A stretch of DNA of 36,683 nucleotides from Stellaceae bacterium (GTDB lineage Bacteria; Pseudomonadota; Alphaproteobacteria; ATCC43930; CGMCC-115725): positions 1-36,683 of the forward strand of contig DATMMM010000443.1 in the NCBI GenBank assembly GCA_035569735.1. The letters are read 5' to 3'. Both the position numbers and the translations under genes were made by a program. The notes below the pieces were generated by a model. That model ran no database searches. It had not been told where the DNA came from and saw only the letters and a program-made list of their open reading frames with translations. Shown piece by piece: positions 1 to 8,948 of the stretch (position 1 is its first letter; the number at the start of each line of letters is the position of its first letter).

Positions 1-1
1 A

Positions 2-208
2 TCGGCATTGCGGCGAACCGACATTCTTCTCTGGACGCCGGTTACGGGCTTCGCGCTGAAGCTCGTCCTGAATTACATTCTCATTTCCGTCATGGGCCTG
101 CCCGGCATAGGTTTGTCTACCACTCTCTGTTATGCCGCGACGGCGACGATCGCTCTTATCCTCTGCCGTCGCGCGCTGACAAAGGCCCACGAGCGAGAAA
201 CTCGATAA
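2..208 (+). CDS. C-terminal fragment of a polytopic membrane protein, MOP-flippase-like (Wzx/MurJ-type exporter); 5' end lies outside the window
   Basis: The frame is open to the window edge. Two hydrophobic helices (GFALKLVLNYILISVMGLPGIGL and TTLCYAATATIALILC) are followed by a basic tail and a TAA at 206-208. The family call rests on resemblance only. Confidence 0.4.
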   Translation, partial: SALRRTDILLWTPVTGFALKLVLNYILISVMGLPGIGLSTTLCYAATATIALILCRRALTKAHERETR

Positions 209-871
209 ACGCGATTGGGAGAGCCTGTGGCAGCCGGCAGCGGTGCCGCGCCGAGTCTTTTCCAAGCAGGACACGTTGCGCGATCACTCCTATCACCATA
301 TGCACCGGTATTTCGACGAGATCATACGTCCGGTTGCTGTGCCGGGCGCCCGCCTCATGGCGTTCGGCTGCACTCAATCGAACTGGCTGTCGGGCGATCT
401 ACGAGATTCACGTCGTCATGGACAAGGCTGCGCTCGCTGACGCGCATCGCCGCGCCGGCCTCCATCCCGTCGATGCCAGATACCTGGTGTGCTCGAACTT
501 CGGAGTCGTTGCGATTGACCCGTCCTCGCCTGCGAGAGTGAAGCGCGGGCTTCGTCTGGCGCTGATTGGGGCTCTCGGCATGGCTGTGGTTTATTGATCG
601 TCATATCGCCACTGTTGTCGAGACTCGGACGCTCTCGCCCTATGTGATCTGCACGGCGCGCAATCCGTCCTCATGACCGCGGAACCAGCCGAAAACCGGG
701 ACCCTCTGCCAATCATAGGTGTGCAGCGCGGTTCCCGATCCACCGCCGCGATTTGCCGAGAGACGCGGGCTCTTTTGTTGCCTCCGCCACGCCGAAGGAG
801 GAGGATCGCTTTCCCTCATCGCATCGCGCGGGAGGAGGCGGGCGGGACAAGACCGCATAGGGAGGCGGCCC

Positions 872-1228
872 ATGAGTGGCGTTAAGCTGATCGCTCCGGA
901 ACAGCGCAAGTTCGAGCAGATCGGCGGCGACGCCGGTGACATCCGGATTGGACGCGACGTCGCCGGCGACATCAGCAAGACCTTCGGTGCGGGAATAGCC
1001 GTCTTCGAGAACTGCTCCATGGAGTGGACGGTGCTCTATGACGAATATTTCTATTGCCTCGAAGGCACTCTCACCATCCGGACCAGGGAGGGCACGTTCG
1101 TTATGCGGCCGGGCTACGGACTGTGGCTGCCGAAAGGCACCTGGCTCGTCTATGAGGCCAAGGAGCGCGCCAAGGTCGTCTTCTCCATCTACCCCGTCGA
1201 TTGGCGCGAGCGCCAGTCGCAAACCTGA
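872..1228 (+). CDS. Cupin-domain protein, EutQ/cupin_3-like (no His-rich metal motif)
   Basis: ATG at 872 is preceded by GGGAGG (859-864). Beta-barrel signature WTVLYDEYFYCLEGTLTI...GYGLWLPKGTWLVY. The track ORF starting at 719 is an over-extension into Arg/Gly-rich non-coding-like sequence. Confidence 0.7.
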   Translation: MSGVKLIAPEQRKFEQIGGDAGDIRIGRDVAGDISKTFGAGIAVFENCSMEWTVLYDEYFYCLEGTLTIRTREGTFVMRPGYGLWLPKGTWLVYEAKERAKVVFSIYPVDWRERQSQT

Positions 1229-1239
1229 GAGGTGCTGCC

Positions 1240-2520
1240 GTGAGGAGTTCATCGCGCTCGGATTTGCCGGGCACGGCCGCCAAGGATGTGTCCGCCGTTG
1301 CGCACAAGACCCCGGTCGTCGCCATCACCGACACGGCAGCGACTCTCGATATGGCGCGCTTGCGCGGCTACCGCTTGGCCCGGCTCCGCGAGCAGCTCAA
1401 GAAGCACGATTGTGCGGGGTGCCTGCTGATCGACCCCATCAACATTCGCTATGCCACCGGCAGCCGGAACTACGGCATGTTCCAGTCGCATACGCCCGGC
1501 CGGTACCTTTTCGTGGCGGCGGAAGGACCGGTCGTGCTGTTCGACGCCGTGGCATGCCATGAGGTCGCGCGCGGTCTCGAGACGATCACCGAGCTGCGCC
1601 CGGCCGTCCCCTTCAGCTTTTTCTTCAGCGGGCCGCGGCTGGCCGAGAGCATCGAGGGCTGGGCCGCGGAGCTCGCCTCGCTCTCCCGCGGGTCGGCGGG
1701 GGGCAATAAGCGCCTTGCGGTCGATCGCTGCGATGTGATGTGCGCTTCGGCGCTGACCCGCCACGGACTGGAGCTCGTGGATGCCCAAGGTCCGGTCGAG
1801 CGCGCTCGCTCGATAAAATCCGCCGAAGAGATTCTCTGCATGAATTACTCGCTCGCGGTCGCGGATATCGCGATGGCGCGCATGCGCGAGGCGCTCAAGC
1901 CCGGCCTCACGGAAAACGAGCTCTTTGCGATCCTCTACCACACCAACATCGCGATGGGCGGAGAGTGGATCGACGCGCGCATGCTCACGTCGGGCGATCG
2001 CACGAATCCCTGGCTGCAGGAAAGCAGCGAGCGCCGGATTCGTCCGGGCGAGCTGGTGGCGTTCGACGCCGACATGGTCGGCCCCTTCGGCTATTGCTCG
2101 GACGTCTCGCGCACGTTCTTCTGCGGCCCGGGCCGGCCGTCCGACGCCCAGCGGCACCTCTACAAGCTCGCCTACGAGGAAATCCAGCACAACATGGCGC
2201 TGGTCAAAGCAGGCGTCGGATTCAGGGAGCTCGCCGAGAAGGCTTACCGACAGGCGGACGAATATGTGCCGAACCGCTACATGCTGCTCGCCCACGGCAT
2301 CGGCCTTTGCGACGAATATCCGTCCATCTACTATCGGCAGGATGTCGACAAATACGGCTTCGACGGCGTCCTCGAGGAGAACATGACGATCTGCATCGAA
2401 AGCTACGTCGGCGCGGTGGGCGGCAGGGAAGGAGTCAAGCTCGAGCATCAGGTCCTCGTGACCGCGAAAGGCTGCGAGCTGCTCTCGAAATTTCCATTCG
2501 AGGACGAGCTGCTGCGCTGA
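1240..2520 (+). CDS. M24 (creatinase/prolidase fold) metalloenzyme, DddP-like (DMSP-lyase family) rather than a canonical Xaa-Pro peptidase
   Basis: GTG at 1240 lies 7 nt after GAGAGG and 11 nt after the cupin stop. The pita-bread-fold C-terminal half carries ligand pattern D-x-D-x9-D (codons 2065, 2071, 2101), His +64 (2293), Asp +6 (2311), Glu +29 (2398) and Glu +15 (2443). This spacing matches my recollection of DddP ligands D295/D297/D307/H371/D377/E406/E421. It differs from the canonical M24B D-x10-D spacing. The start could be TTG 1201. Confidence 0.7.
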   Translation: MRSSSRSDLPGTAAKDVSAVAHKTPVVAITDTAATLDMARLRGYRLARLREQLKKHDCAGCLLIDPINIRYATGSRNYGMFQSHTPGRYLFVAAEGPVVLFDAVACHEVARGLETITELRPAVPFSFFFSGPRLAESIEGWAAELASLSRGSAGGNKRLAVDRCDVMCASALTRHGLELVDAQGPVERARSIKSAEEILCMNYSLAVADIAMARMREALKPGLTENELFAILYHTNIAMGGEWIDARMLTSGDRTNPWLQESSERRIRPGELVAFDADMVGPFGYCSDVSRTFFCGPGRPSDAQRHLYKLAYEEIQHNMALVKAGVGFRELAEKAYRQADEYVPNRYMLLAHGIGLCDEYPSIYYRQDVDKYGFDGVLEENMTICIESYVGAVGGREGVKLEHQVLVTAKGCELLSKFPFEDELLR

Positions 2521-2555
2521 TTGTCGCCGGCGAGAGCAACGAGGAGGGACTGGGA

Positions 2556-3686
2556 GTGGCGCGCGAATGTGATTTTCTCATCGTCGGCAGCGGCATAGCG
2601 GGCGCTTCCGCGGCTTATCACTTGGCGGACCGCGGCTCGGTGCTGCTGTTGGAGCGAGAGAGCCAACCCGGATATCATTCGACCGGCCGCTCGGCCGCCG
2701 TCTTCGCCGAGAGCTATGGGCCCCGCCTCATGCGAGCCGTGACGGTCGCGAGCGGTCCGTTCCTGCGCAATCCGCCGGAGGGCTTCTCGGACGTGCCGCT
2801 CATGCACCCCCGCGGCGCCCTCTTCATCGCGCGGCAAGACCAGCGAACGCTCCTCGAGGAGCTCGTCAAGGAGCTCAGCGAGCTTTCGGACGATCTCCAG
2901 CTCATCGGAGCCGAGGAGGCCTTGACGCTTTGCCCCGTGCTAAAGCGCGACTACGTCGCGCTGGCCGCGCGGGATCCGACGGTGATGGATATGGATGTGA
3001 ACGCCATCCATCAAGGCTACCTGCGCGGCGCGCGGAGCAAAGGCGCGGAGGTCGTCACCAACGCCGAAGTGACCGCGCTCGAGCGCCACGGCGGGGTTTG
3101 GCAAAGCAGAACCAAGGCGGGAGATTTCCGGGCGCCCATCGTGATCAACGCCGCCGGCGCCTGGGCGGATGTCGTCGCCGGGCTGGCGGGAGCCCGCAAG
3201 ATCGGGCTGCAGCCGAAGCGCCGAACGGTGATCGTCTTCGATGCGCCTGCCCGAACGGAAATGAGCCGGTTCCCGATCGCGGCCGATTGCAGCGAGCAGT
3301 TCTACTTCAAGCCGGAGTCGGGCCGGGTGCTCGCCTCGCCCGCCGACGAGACGCCGGTCGAGCCGCAGGACGTACAGCCGGAGGAATTGGACGTGGCCCT
3401 GGTCGTGGACCGCGTCGAGCGCGCGTCCACCCTCAAGGTCGAACGGATCTTCCGGCGTTGGGCCGGGCTCAGGAGCTTCGTCGCCGATAAGAATCCGGTG
3501 GTGGGCTTCGCGCCCGACGCCCCGGGTTTCTTCTGGCTCGCCGGACAAGGCGGCTACGGAATTCAAACCTCCTACGCCATGGGTCTGACGGCGGCCTCGC
3601 TCGCGACGGGCAAGGGCCTGCCCGAGTCGGTCAAGAAATTCGGCCTGAGTGAAACCGATCTCGGACCCGCGAGGCTATGGCGCTAG
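2556..3686 (+). CDS. FAD-dependent oxidoreductase, DAO family (sarcosine/glycine/D-amino-acid oxidase-like)
   Basis: GTG at 2556 follows GAGGAGGG (2541-2548). N-terminal dinucleotide fold CDFLIVGSGIAGASAAYHL...LLLERE. C-terminal GQGGYGIQ. The 648-aa track ORF from 1740 is an out-of-frame overlap of the previous gene. Confidence 0.8.
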   Translation: MARECDFLIVGSGIAGASAAYHLADRGSVLLLERESQPGYHSTGRSAAVFAESYGPRLMRAVTVASGPFLRNPPEGFSDVPLMHPRGALFIARQDQRTLLEELVKELSELSDDLQLIGAEEALTLCPVLKRDYVALAARDPTVMDMDVNAIHQGYLRGARSKGAEVVTNAEVTALERHGGVWQSRTKAGDFRAPIVINAAGAWADVVAGLAGARKIGLQPKRRTVIVFDAPARTEMSRFPIAADCSEQFYFKPESGRVLASPADETPVEPQDVQPEELDVALVVDRVERASTLKVERIFRRWAGLRSFVADKNPVVGFAPDAPGFFWLAGQGGYGIQTSYAMGLTAASLATGKGLPESVKKFGLSETDLGPARLWR

Positions 3687-3774
3687 CCCATCGTCCGCGC
3701 TGTCGCGCGATGCGCCCTGTCGAAGTGCGAGTTACATTTCGCACTCACTTCCCCTCCGGTGAAGTGAAAGCGCC

Positions 3775-5493
3775 ATGGCCTATGATTATGTGATTGTCGG
3801 CGGTGGCTCCGCCGGCTGCGTCCTCGCCAATCGCCTATCTGCCGATCCCCGCGCGAGCGTCGTGCTGCTGGAAGCGGGTGTGGACACTCTCCCCGAGCAC
3901 ATCTCGGACGAGATCTACACCTTGCCCTTCTTGCCGCATTATTTCCAGGACGACTACTACTGGACCGACATCCAGGCCTATATGGATCCCATCGGCAACC
4001 GGGCTCCTTCGGAGATTGCAGCGCTCATGCGGCCGCGGCGCTACGAGCAGGCGCGGGTCATGGGCGGCGGCTCCACGGTGAACGGCCAGATCGCGATCCG
4101 GGGCCTGCCATCCGATTACGACGAGTGGGAGGCGCTGGGCGCCACCGGCTGGTCTTTTCGGGATTGCCTGCCTTTTCTGCGCAAGCTCGAGCGCGATCTC
4201 GATTTCGACGGACCCTATCACGGCAAGGACGGGCCGATCCCGATCCATCGCACGTTTCCCGATAATTGGGGCGGACTGTCTCTCGCGTTCCGAAAGACCT
4301 TCGCCAAGAAGGGCATCCCCTATTTCGACGATTGCCATGCCGAGTTCGGCGACGGCTGCTTCCCGTTTCCCAAGAACAACGTCTACGGCCATCGCGTCTC
4401 CGCCGCCTTGGCCTATCTCGATGGCGCGACGCGGCAGCGCAAGAACCTGCGGATCCTGCCGAAGAGCCTGGTCGAGCGCATCGAGTTCGATGGAAAGCGC
4501 GCCGTCGCCGTGCAGGTCTCGCGGGGCGGCAAGCGCGAGCGGATCGAGGGGCGCGAGATCATCGTCTCCAGCGGCGCGCTCCATTCCCCGGCACTCCTCA
4601 TGCGCTCCGGCATTGGTCCGCAGGCGCATCTGCGCGAGCACGGGATCGCCGTAGTCGCGGACCGCCAGGGCGTCGGGTCGAATTTGCAAGAGCATCCCTT
4701 GGTCGGCATCGGTCTCCACATCAAGCCCGAGGGGCGGCTGCCGGCCAGCCTGCGCAACAATTTCCTGCTCTGCATGCGCTTCAGCTCGCATTATCCCGAT
4801 TGCCCGCCACAGGACATGAAGCTCTCTGTCTCGAACCGCTTCGCCTGGACCAAGGTCGGGTTTCAGCTGGGCACCATCCAGTTCGGACCCAACAAGGCCT
4901 TCTCGCGCGGCTTCGTGCGATTGCAAGGCAAGGATCCGCGCCAGGAGCCGCTGATCGCGTTCAACCTGCTGTCGGATCCGCGCGATCTCCAGCGCACCGT
5001 CGATGCGGTGCGCTTCGTCCATGAGGTGCTCAACACCTCGCCCGCCAAAGACATGATCTATTTTGCCTTCCCGGGCATTTACGCGGAGATGCAGCGCAAT
5101 CTGACCACCCAGTCGCGGCGCAACAAACTCCTGAGCGATGCCGCGGCCTGGCTCCTCGACCTCGGCGGTCCCGCGCGCGATTTCGTCATGCGCAACTTCA
5201 TCGTCACGGCGAAACACGGACTGGACGAGGTCGTGCGCGACGAGCGATTGTTGGTGGAATGGATACGCCTCGGCGTGCAAGGCGATTGGCACGCCTGCGG
5301 CACCTGCAAGATGGGCGCGCCCACGGACCCAATGGCGGTGGTCGGGCCCGATGCGCGGGTGGTCGGCGTCGAGAATTTGCGCGTTGCCGACGCCTCGATC
5401 ATGCCGACGGTACCCTGCGCCAATACGAACATCTCCACCATCATGATCGGCGAGAAGGTGGCGGACGCGATCCTGCGCGACCGCCAGGCTTGA
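3775..5493 (+). CDS. GMC-family flavoprotein oxidoreductase (choline/alcohol dehydrogenase-like)
   Basis: N-terminal YDYVIVGGGSAGCVLANRLS...VLLLEAG. GMC signature GGGSTVNG. C-terminal active-site region WHACGTCKMG and ADASIMP. Confidence 0.9.
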   Translation: MAYDYVIVGGGSAGCVLANRLSADPRASVVLLEAGVDTLPEHISDEIYTLPFLPHYFQDDYYWTDIQAYMDPIGNRAPSEIAALMRPRRYEQARVMGGGSTVNGQIAIRGLPSDYDEWEALGATGWSFRDCLPFLRKLERDLDFDGPYHGKDGPIPIHRTFPDNWGGLSLAFRKTFAKKGIPYFDDCHAEFGDGCFPFPKNNVYGHRVSAALAYLDGATRQRKNLRILPKSLVERIEFDGKRAVAVQVSRGGKRERIEGREIIVSSGALHSPALLMRSGIGPQAHLREHGIAVVADRQGVGSNLQEHPLVGIGLHIKPEGRLPASLRNNFLLCMRFSSHYPDCPPQDMKLSVSNRFAWTKVGFQLGTIQFGPNKAFSRGFVRLQGKDPRQEPLIAFNLLSDPRDLQRTVDAVRFVHEVLNTSPAKDMIYFAFPGIYAEMQRNLTTQSRRNKLLSDAAAWLLDLGGPARDFVMRNFIVTAKHGLDEVVRDERLLVEWIRLGVQGDWHACGTCKMGAPTDPMAVVGPDARVVGVENLRVADASIMPTVPCANTNISTIMIGEKVADAILRDRQA

Positions 5494-5503
5494 GGAAATC
5501 CGG

Positions 5504-6763
5504 ATGAATGAGACAAAAAAGCGGGCCGTCACCGTCATCGGTGCCGGCATCGTCGGCACCGTCTGCGCCAACTACCTCCTGCGCGACGGCCATAATGTGA
5601 CCCTGGTCGACCGTCTGGGACCGGGCGAGGCGACGTCGTTCGGCAATACCGGTGGCATCAGCCCGGCCTCGGTGGTCCCGATCGCCTACCCCGGAATGGC
5701 CAGGGACATTCCGAAATGGCTGCTCGATCCCAATGGGCCACTCTATCTCCATTGGTCCTACCTGCCGCAGGTCTTGCCGTGGCTCATCAAGTTCCTGCGC
5801 GCGGGACGGCGCGACCGCGTGGAGCGCATCTCGAAGGCGCTGGCGAGCCTCAACATGCCGACCTTCGAGGCCTATCGCCCGTTGCTCAAGGACGCGGGGC
5901 TAGAGCATCTTTTTCACCAGACCGGGCAGCTCTTCGTCTATCGAAGCAAAGAGGGGCTCGCGCACGATCAGTTCGGCATCGACCTGAAACGCGCGACCGG
6001 ACTGCGCGTCGATATTCTCAATGCCGACGAGATCCGCCAGCTCGAGCCGTCGCTGGCGCCGATCTTCTCCGCGGCTCACTTCATCAGCGATCACGGCCAT
6101 TGCAAGAATCCGTTCGGGTTGGTGCAGGGCCTCGCGGAGAATTTCGTGCGCCGGGGCGGCACTTTGCTGCGCGACGAGGTCCTGGGCTTCGAAATGGGCC
6201 CAGTGGGCCCGAGCGCGATCCTGACCTGCGGCGGCCGGCACGCTCTCGACCTCACCGTGATAGCGGCCGGCGTCTGGTCGAACGCGCTCACGAAACAGCT
6301 CGGCTATGACGTGCCGATCGAGACCCATCGCGGCTACCATGTGACCCTGCCCGATCCCGGCGTGATGCCGCGGATCATGGTCCTGCCGATGGACTACAAG
6401 ATCGCGATCACGCCCATGGAGATGGGGCTCCGATTGGCCGGCACGGTCGAGCTCGCCGCCATCGACGCGCCGCCTAATTACGCGCGCGCTCGAAACCTGC
6501 TGCGCATCGGCCGCGAGATTTTTCCGAGCCTCAATACCGAGGGCTACACCCATTGGATGGGCAACCGCCCGTGTTTCCCGGACAGCCTTCCGGTTCTGGG
6601 CGCGGTGCCGGGCGTGCCCAAGACCTACGTGGCGTTCGGTCACGGTCATCAAGGGCTGCTCGGCGCCTCACAGACCGGCAAGGTCATGGCCGAGCTCATC
6701 GGTGGCCGACCGCTGTCCATGGATTTGACGCCGTTCCGCATCGACCGCTTCTCGCGCGCATAG
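5504..6763 (+). CDS. FAD-dependent oxidoreductase, D-amino-acid dehydrogenase (DadA)-like
   Basis: ATG lies 10 nt after the GMC stop; GAGGA overlaps that stop. VTVIGAGIVGTVCANYLLRDGHNVTLVDR Rossmann motif. 419 aa, DadA-like length and layout (GHGHQG near the C-terminus). Confidence 0.8.
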   Translation: MNETKKRAVTVIGAGIVGTVCANYLLRDGHNVTLVDRLGPGEATSFGNTGGISPASVVPIAYPGMARDIPKWLLDPNGPLYLHWSYLPQVLPWLIKFLRAGRRDRVERISKALASLNMPTFEAYRPLLKDAGLEHLFHQTGQLFVYRSKEGLAHDQFGIDLKRATGLRVDILNADEIRQLEPSLAPIFSAAHFISDHGHCKNPFGLVQGLAENFVRRGGTLLRDEVLGFEMGPVGPSAILTCGGRHALDLTVIAAGVWSNALTKQLGYDVPIETHRGYHVTLPDPGVMPRIMVLPMDYKIAITPMEMGLRLAGTVELAAIDAPPNYARARNLLRIGREIFPSLNTEGYTHWMGNRPCFPDSLPVLGAVPGVPKTYVAFGHGHQGLLGASQTGKVMAELIGGRPLSMDLTPFRIDRFSRA

Positions 6764-6878
6764 CGCCACGACCTGCCGGGTCGCGGCTTGACGATCGACA
6801 GCCAGAGGCCATAGCTTTTTTTCAGATATCGGTTCGCCATTCCGGAAATCGGTACGCAATGAGATCGGGGGCTCGATC

Positions 6879-8924
6879 ATGCGCGACCCGCGCTTCGATA
6901 TTCTGTTCGAGCCCGTTCGGATCGGTCCGGTCGTCGCCAAGAACCGCTTCTACCAGCCGCCACACTGCAACGGCATGGGAAGTTGGCGCCCGCAGGCTCA
7001 CGCGGCCATGCGCGGGGTCAAGGCCGAGGGCGGCTGGGCTGTGGTCAATTCCGAGCATTGCTCGATCCATCCGACCTCGGACGTGGTCCCGGAGGTGCTG
7101 CACGCGCTCTGGGACGACGCGGACATCCCCAATCTCGCGCTCATGTGCGAGGCGGTTCACGCCCATGGCGCGCTCGCCGGGGTCCAGCTCGCCTACGCCG
7201 CCTACTACAACTCGAACCGCTACAGCCGCGAGGTGCCGATGGGGCCGGTGGCGCGGCCGGTCGACAGCTATTACCCCGTCCAGGTGCGCCAGATGGACAA
7301 GGCCGACATCCGCAACCTCAGGCGCTGGTGGGGCGATGCGGCGCGGCGAGCGCGCAAGGCTGGGTTCGACATCGTCAACGTCGATGCGAATTTCTCGACC
7401 GCCGCCTTTCAGTTCCTCTCGCCGCGCAATACGCGGACCGACGAATACGGCGGCTCGCTCGAGAACCGTGTCCGCCTCCTGCGCGAGCTTATCGAGGTGA
7501 CCCAGGAGGCGGTGCAGGGCGCCTGCGCGGTCAGCGTCCGCGTGATCATCGACGAGATGTGCGGCCCGCGCGGGCTCCAGGCGCACCAGGACGGGATCGC
7601 CGCGGTCGCGCTCCTGGGCGACCTGCCGGATCTCTGGGACATCGTGGTCGGCACCTGGGCCGACGATTCTCCGACCTCGCGCTTCGCGCCCGAGAATGCC
7701 CACGAGCCGTTCCTCAAGGGCATCAAGGCCGTGACCAAGCGGCCCGTGGTGGGGGTTGGGCGCTTCACCTCGCCCGACACCATGGCCTCGCTGGTCCGCC
7801 GCGGCATCCTCGACATGATCGGTGCCACCCGACCATCGATCGCCGATCCCTTCCTGCCCAAGAAGATCGAGGAGGGGCGGGAGGACGATATCCGCGAGTG
7901 CATCGGGTGTAACATCTGCGCCTCCAGCCATTTCCAGATGACGAACCTGCGCTGCACCCAGAACCCCACGATGGGCGAGGAATGGCGCAAGGGATGGCAT
8001 CCCGAGCGCGTTCCGCCGAAAGCGTCGGAGGATTCGGTGCTGATCGTGGGCGCGGGACCGGCCGGGCTCGAATGCGCGCGGGCCCTGGGCCAGCGCGGCT
8101 ATCGCGTCACGCTCGCCGAGCGCGGCAAGCAGCTCGGCGGCCGCGTCACCCACGAGGCGGGCCTGCCGGGTCTGCGCGAATGGCTTCGCGTGCGCGACTG
8201 GCGCGTGGGTCAGCTCCGCAAGCTCCTCAATGTCGAAATCTATAGGGAGAGCGATGTCACGCCCGAGACGGTGCTCGAGCTCGGCCCGAGCCACGTCGTG
8301 CTCGCCACCGGCGCTCGCTGGCGCGCCGACGGGGTCGGCCGCGCGACGCACCTGCCGGTGCCGGTCGAGGCGGGCGTGGCCGTCTTCACGCCGGACGATG
8401 TCATGGACGGGCGGACGATTCCCGGGCCGGTCTTGGTGCTCGACGACGATCATTATTATATGGGCAGCCTGGTCGCCGAGACGCTGGCGCGGGCAGGTGC
8501 CGCCGTCACGCTGGTCACCCCTGCGCCCGAAGTCGCCGCCTTCACGGAATCGACGCTCGAGCTTCGCCGCATCGCGCAACGTCTGGACGCGCTCAAGGTG
8601 CGCATGGTCACGCATCATATGCTGGCTCGCGCCGGCGCGGGCGAGGCGCAGCTTCTGCACGTTCACACGAACCGGTCGATGGGCCTTGCGGCCTCCGCGA
8701 TCGTCATGGTAACCGCCCGTTTGCCGGAGGACCGGCTCTATCGCGCGCTGGAGGCGATGCCGGACCGGCTTGCCGATGCCGGCATCAAATCGGTGACGCG
8801 CATCGGCGATTGCTTGGCACCCGGGGCGATCTTTCACGCGGTCTATGCCGGCCATCGCTACGCGCGGGAATTCGATGCGCCGCCGGTTGAGATCGCCTTC
8901 CAGCGCGAGCGGATTGTGCTTTGA
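6879..8924 (+). CDS. Trimethylamine/dimethylamine/histamine dehydrogenase-family iron-sulfur flavoprotein (OYE-like FMN barrel + 4Fe-4S + ADP-binding domains)
   Basis: N-terminus RDPRFDILFEPVRIGPVVAKNRFYQPPHC has Cys at codon 30 (6966-6968), the position of the 6-S-cysteinyl-FMN link in TMADH. RTDEYGGSLENR is present. Cys cluster CIGCNICx11C (7899-7955) is followed by TQNPTMGEEWRKGWHPE, then VLIVGAGPAGLE. 681 aa. Confidence 0.85.
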   Translation: MRDPRFDILFEPVRIGPVVAKNRFYQPPHCNGMGSWRPQAHAAMRGVKAEGGWAVVNSEHCSIHPTSDVVPEVLHALWDDADIPNLALMCEAVHAHGALAGVQLAYAAYYNSNRYSREVPMGPVARPVDSYYPVQVRQMDKADIRNLRRWWGDAARRARKAGFDIVNVDANFSTAAFQFLSPRNTRTDEYGGSLENRVRLLRELIEVTQEAVQGACAVSVRVIIDEMCGPRGLQAHQDGIAAVALLGDLPDLWDIVVGTWADDSPTSRFAPENAHEPFLKGIKAVTKRPVVGVGRFTSPDTMASLVRRGILDMIGATRPSIADPFLPKKIEEGREDDIRECIGCNICASSHFQMTNLRCTQNPTMGEEWRKGWHPERVPPKASEDSVLIVGAGPAGLECARALGQRGYRVTLAERGKQLGGRVTHEAGLPGLREWLRVRDWRVGQLRKLLNVEIYRESDVTPETVLELGPSHVVLATGARWRADGVGRATHLPVPVEAGVAVFTPDDVMDGRTIPGPVLVLDDDHYYMGSLVAETLARAGAAVTLVTPAPEVAAFTESTLELRRIAQRLDALKVRMVTHHMLARAGAGEAQLLHVHTNRSMGLAASAIVMVTARLPEDRLYRALEAMPDRLADAGIKSVTRIGDCLAPGAIFHAVYAGHRYAREFDAPPVEIAFQRERIVL

Positions 8925-8948
8925 CCGATAGGAGTAGGCGAAGGGATC

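Noticed and set aside
728-750. A tRNA-like T-arm (GGTTCCCGATCC) in the long spacer.
   Set aside because: The flanking bases cannot form a T-stem or an acceptor stem. The loop does not fit TTCRANY. No cloverleaf can be drawn on either strand.
757-812. Glycine-riboswitch-like elements upstream of the cupin: GAGAGA (759-764) and an 11-mer CGCCGAAGGAG (790-800) resembling the conserved aptamer core.
   Set aside because: The conserved GCAA following GAAGG is missing. So is the 3' half of the aptamer (CUCUCAGG…AAAGGAC) and a convincing P1 stem. The purine-rich match is more simply explained as SD-like GGAGG repeats.
1740-2555. The upstream 272 codons of the 648-aa track ORF that ends at 3686.
   Set aside because: They are entirely out-of-frame overlap with the M24 gene and give an Arg/Gly/Pro-rich translation. 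The FAD dinucleotide-binding motif sits immediately after GTG 2556, which has a strong GAGGAGGG RBS.
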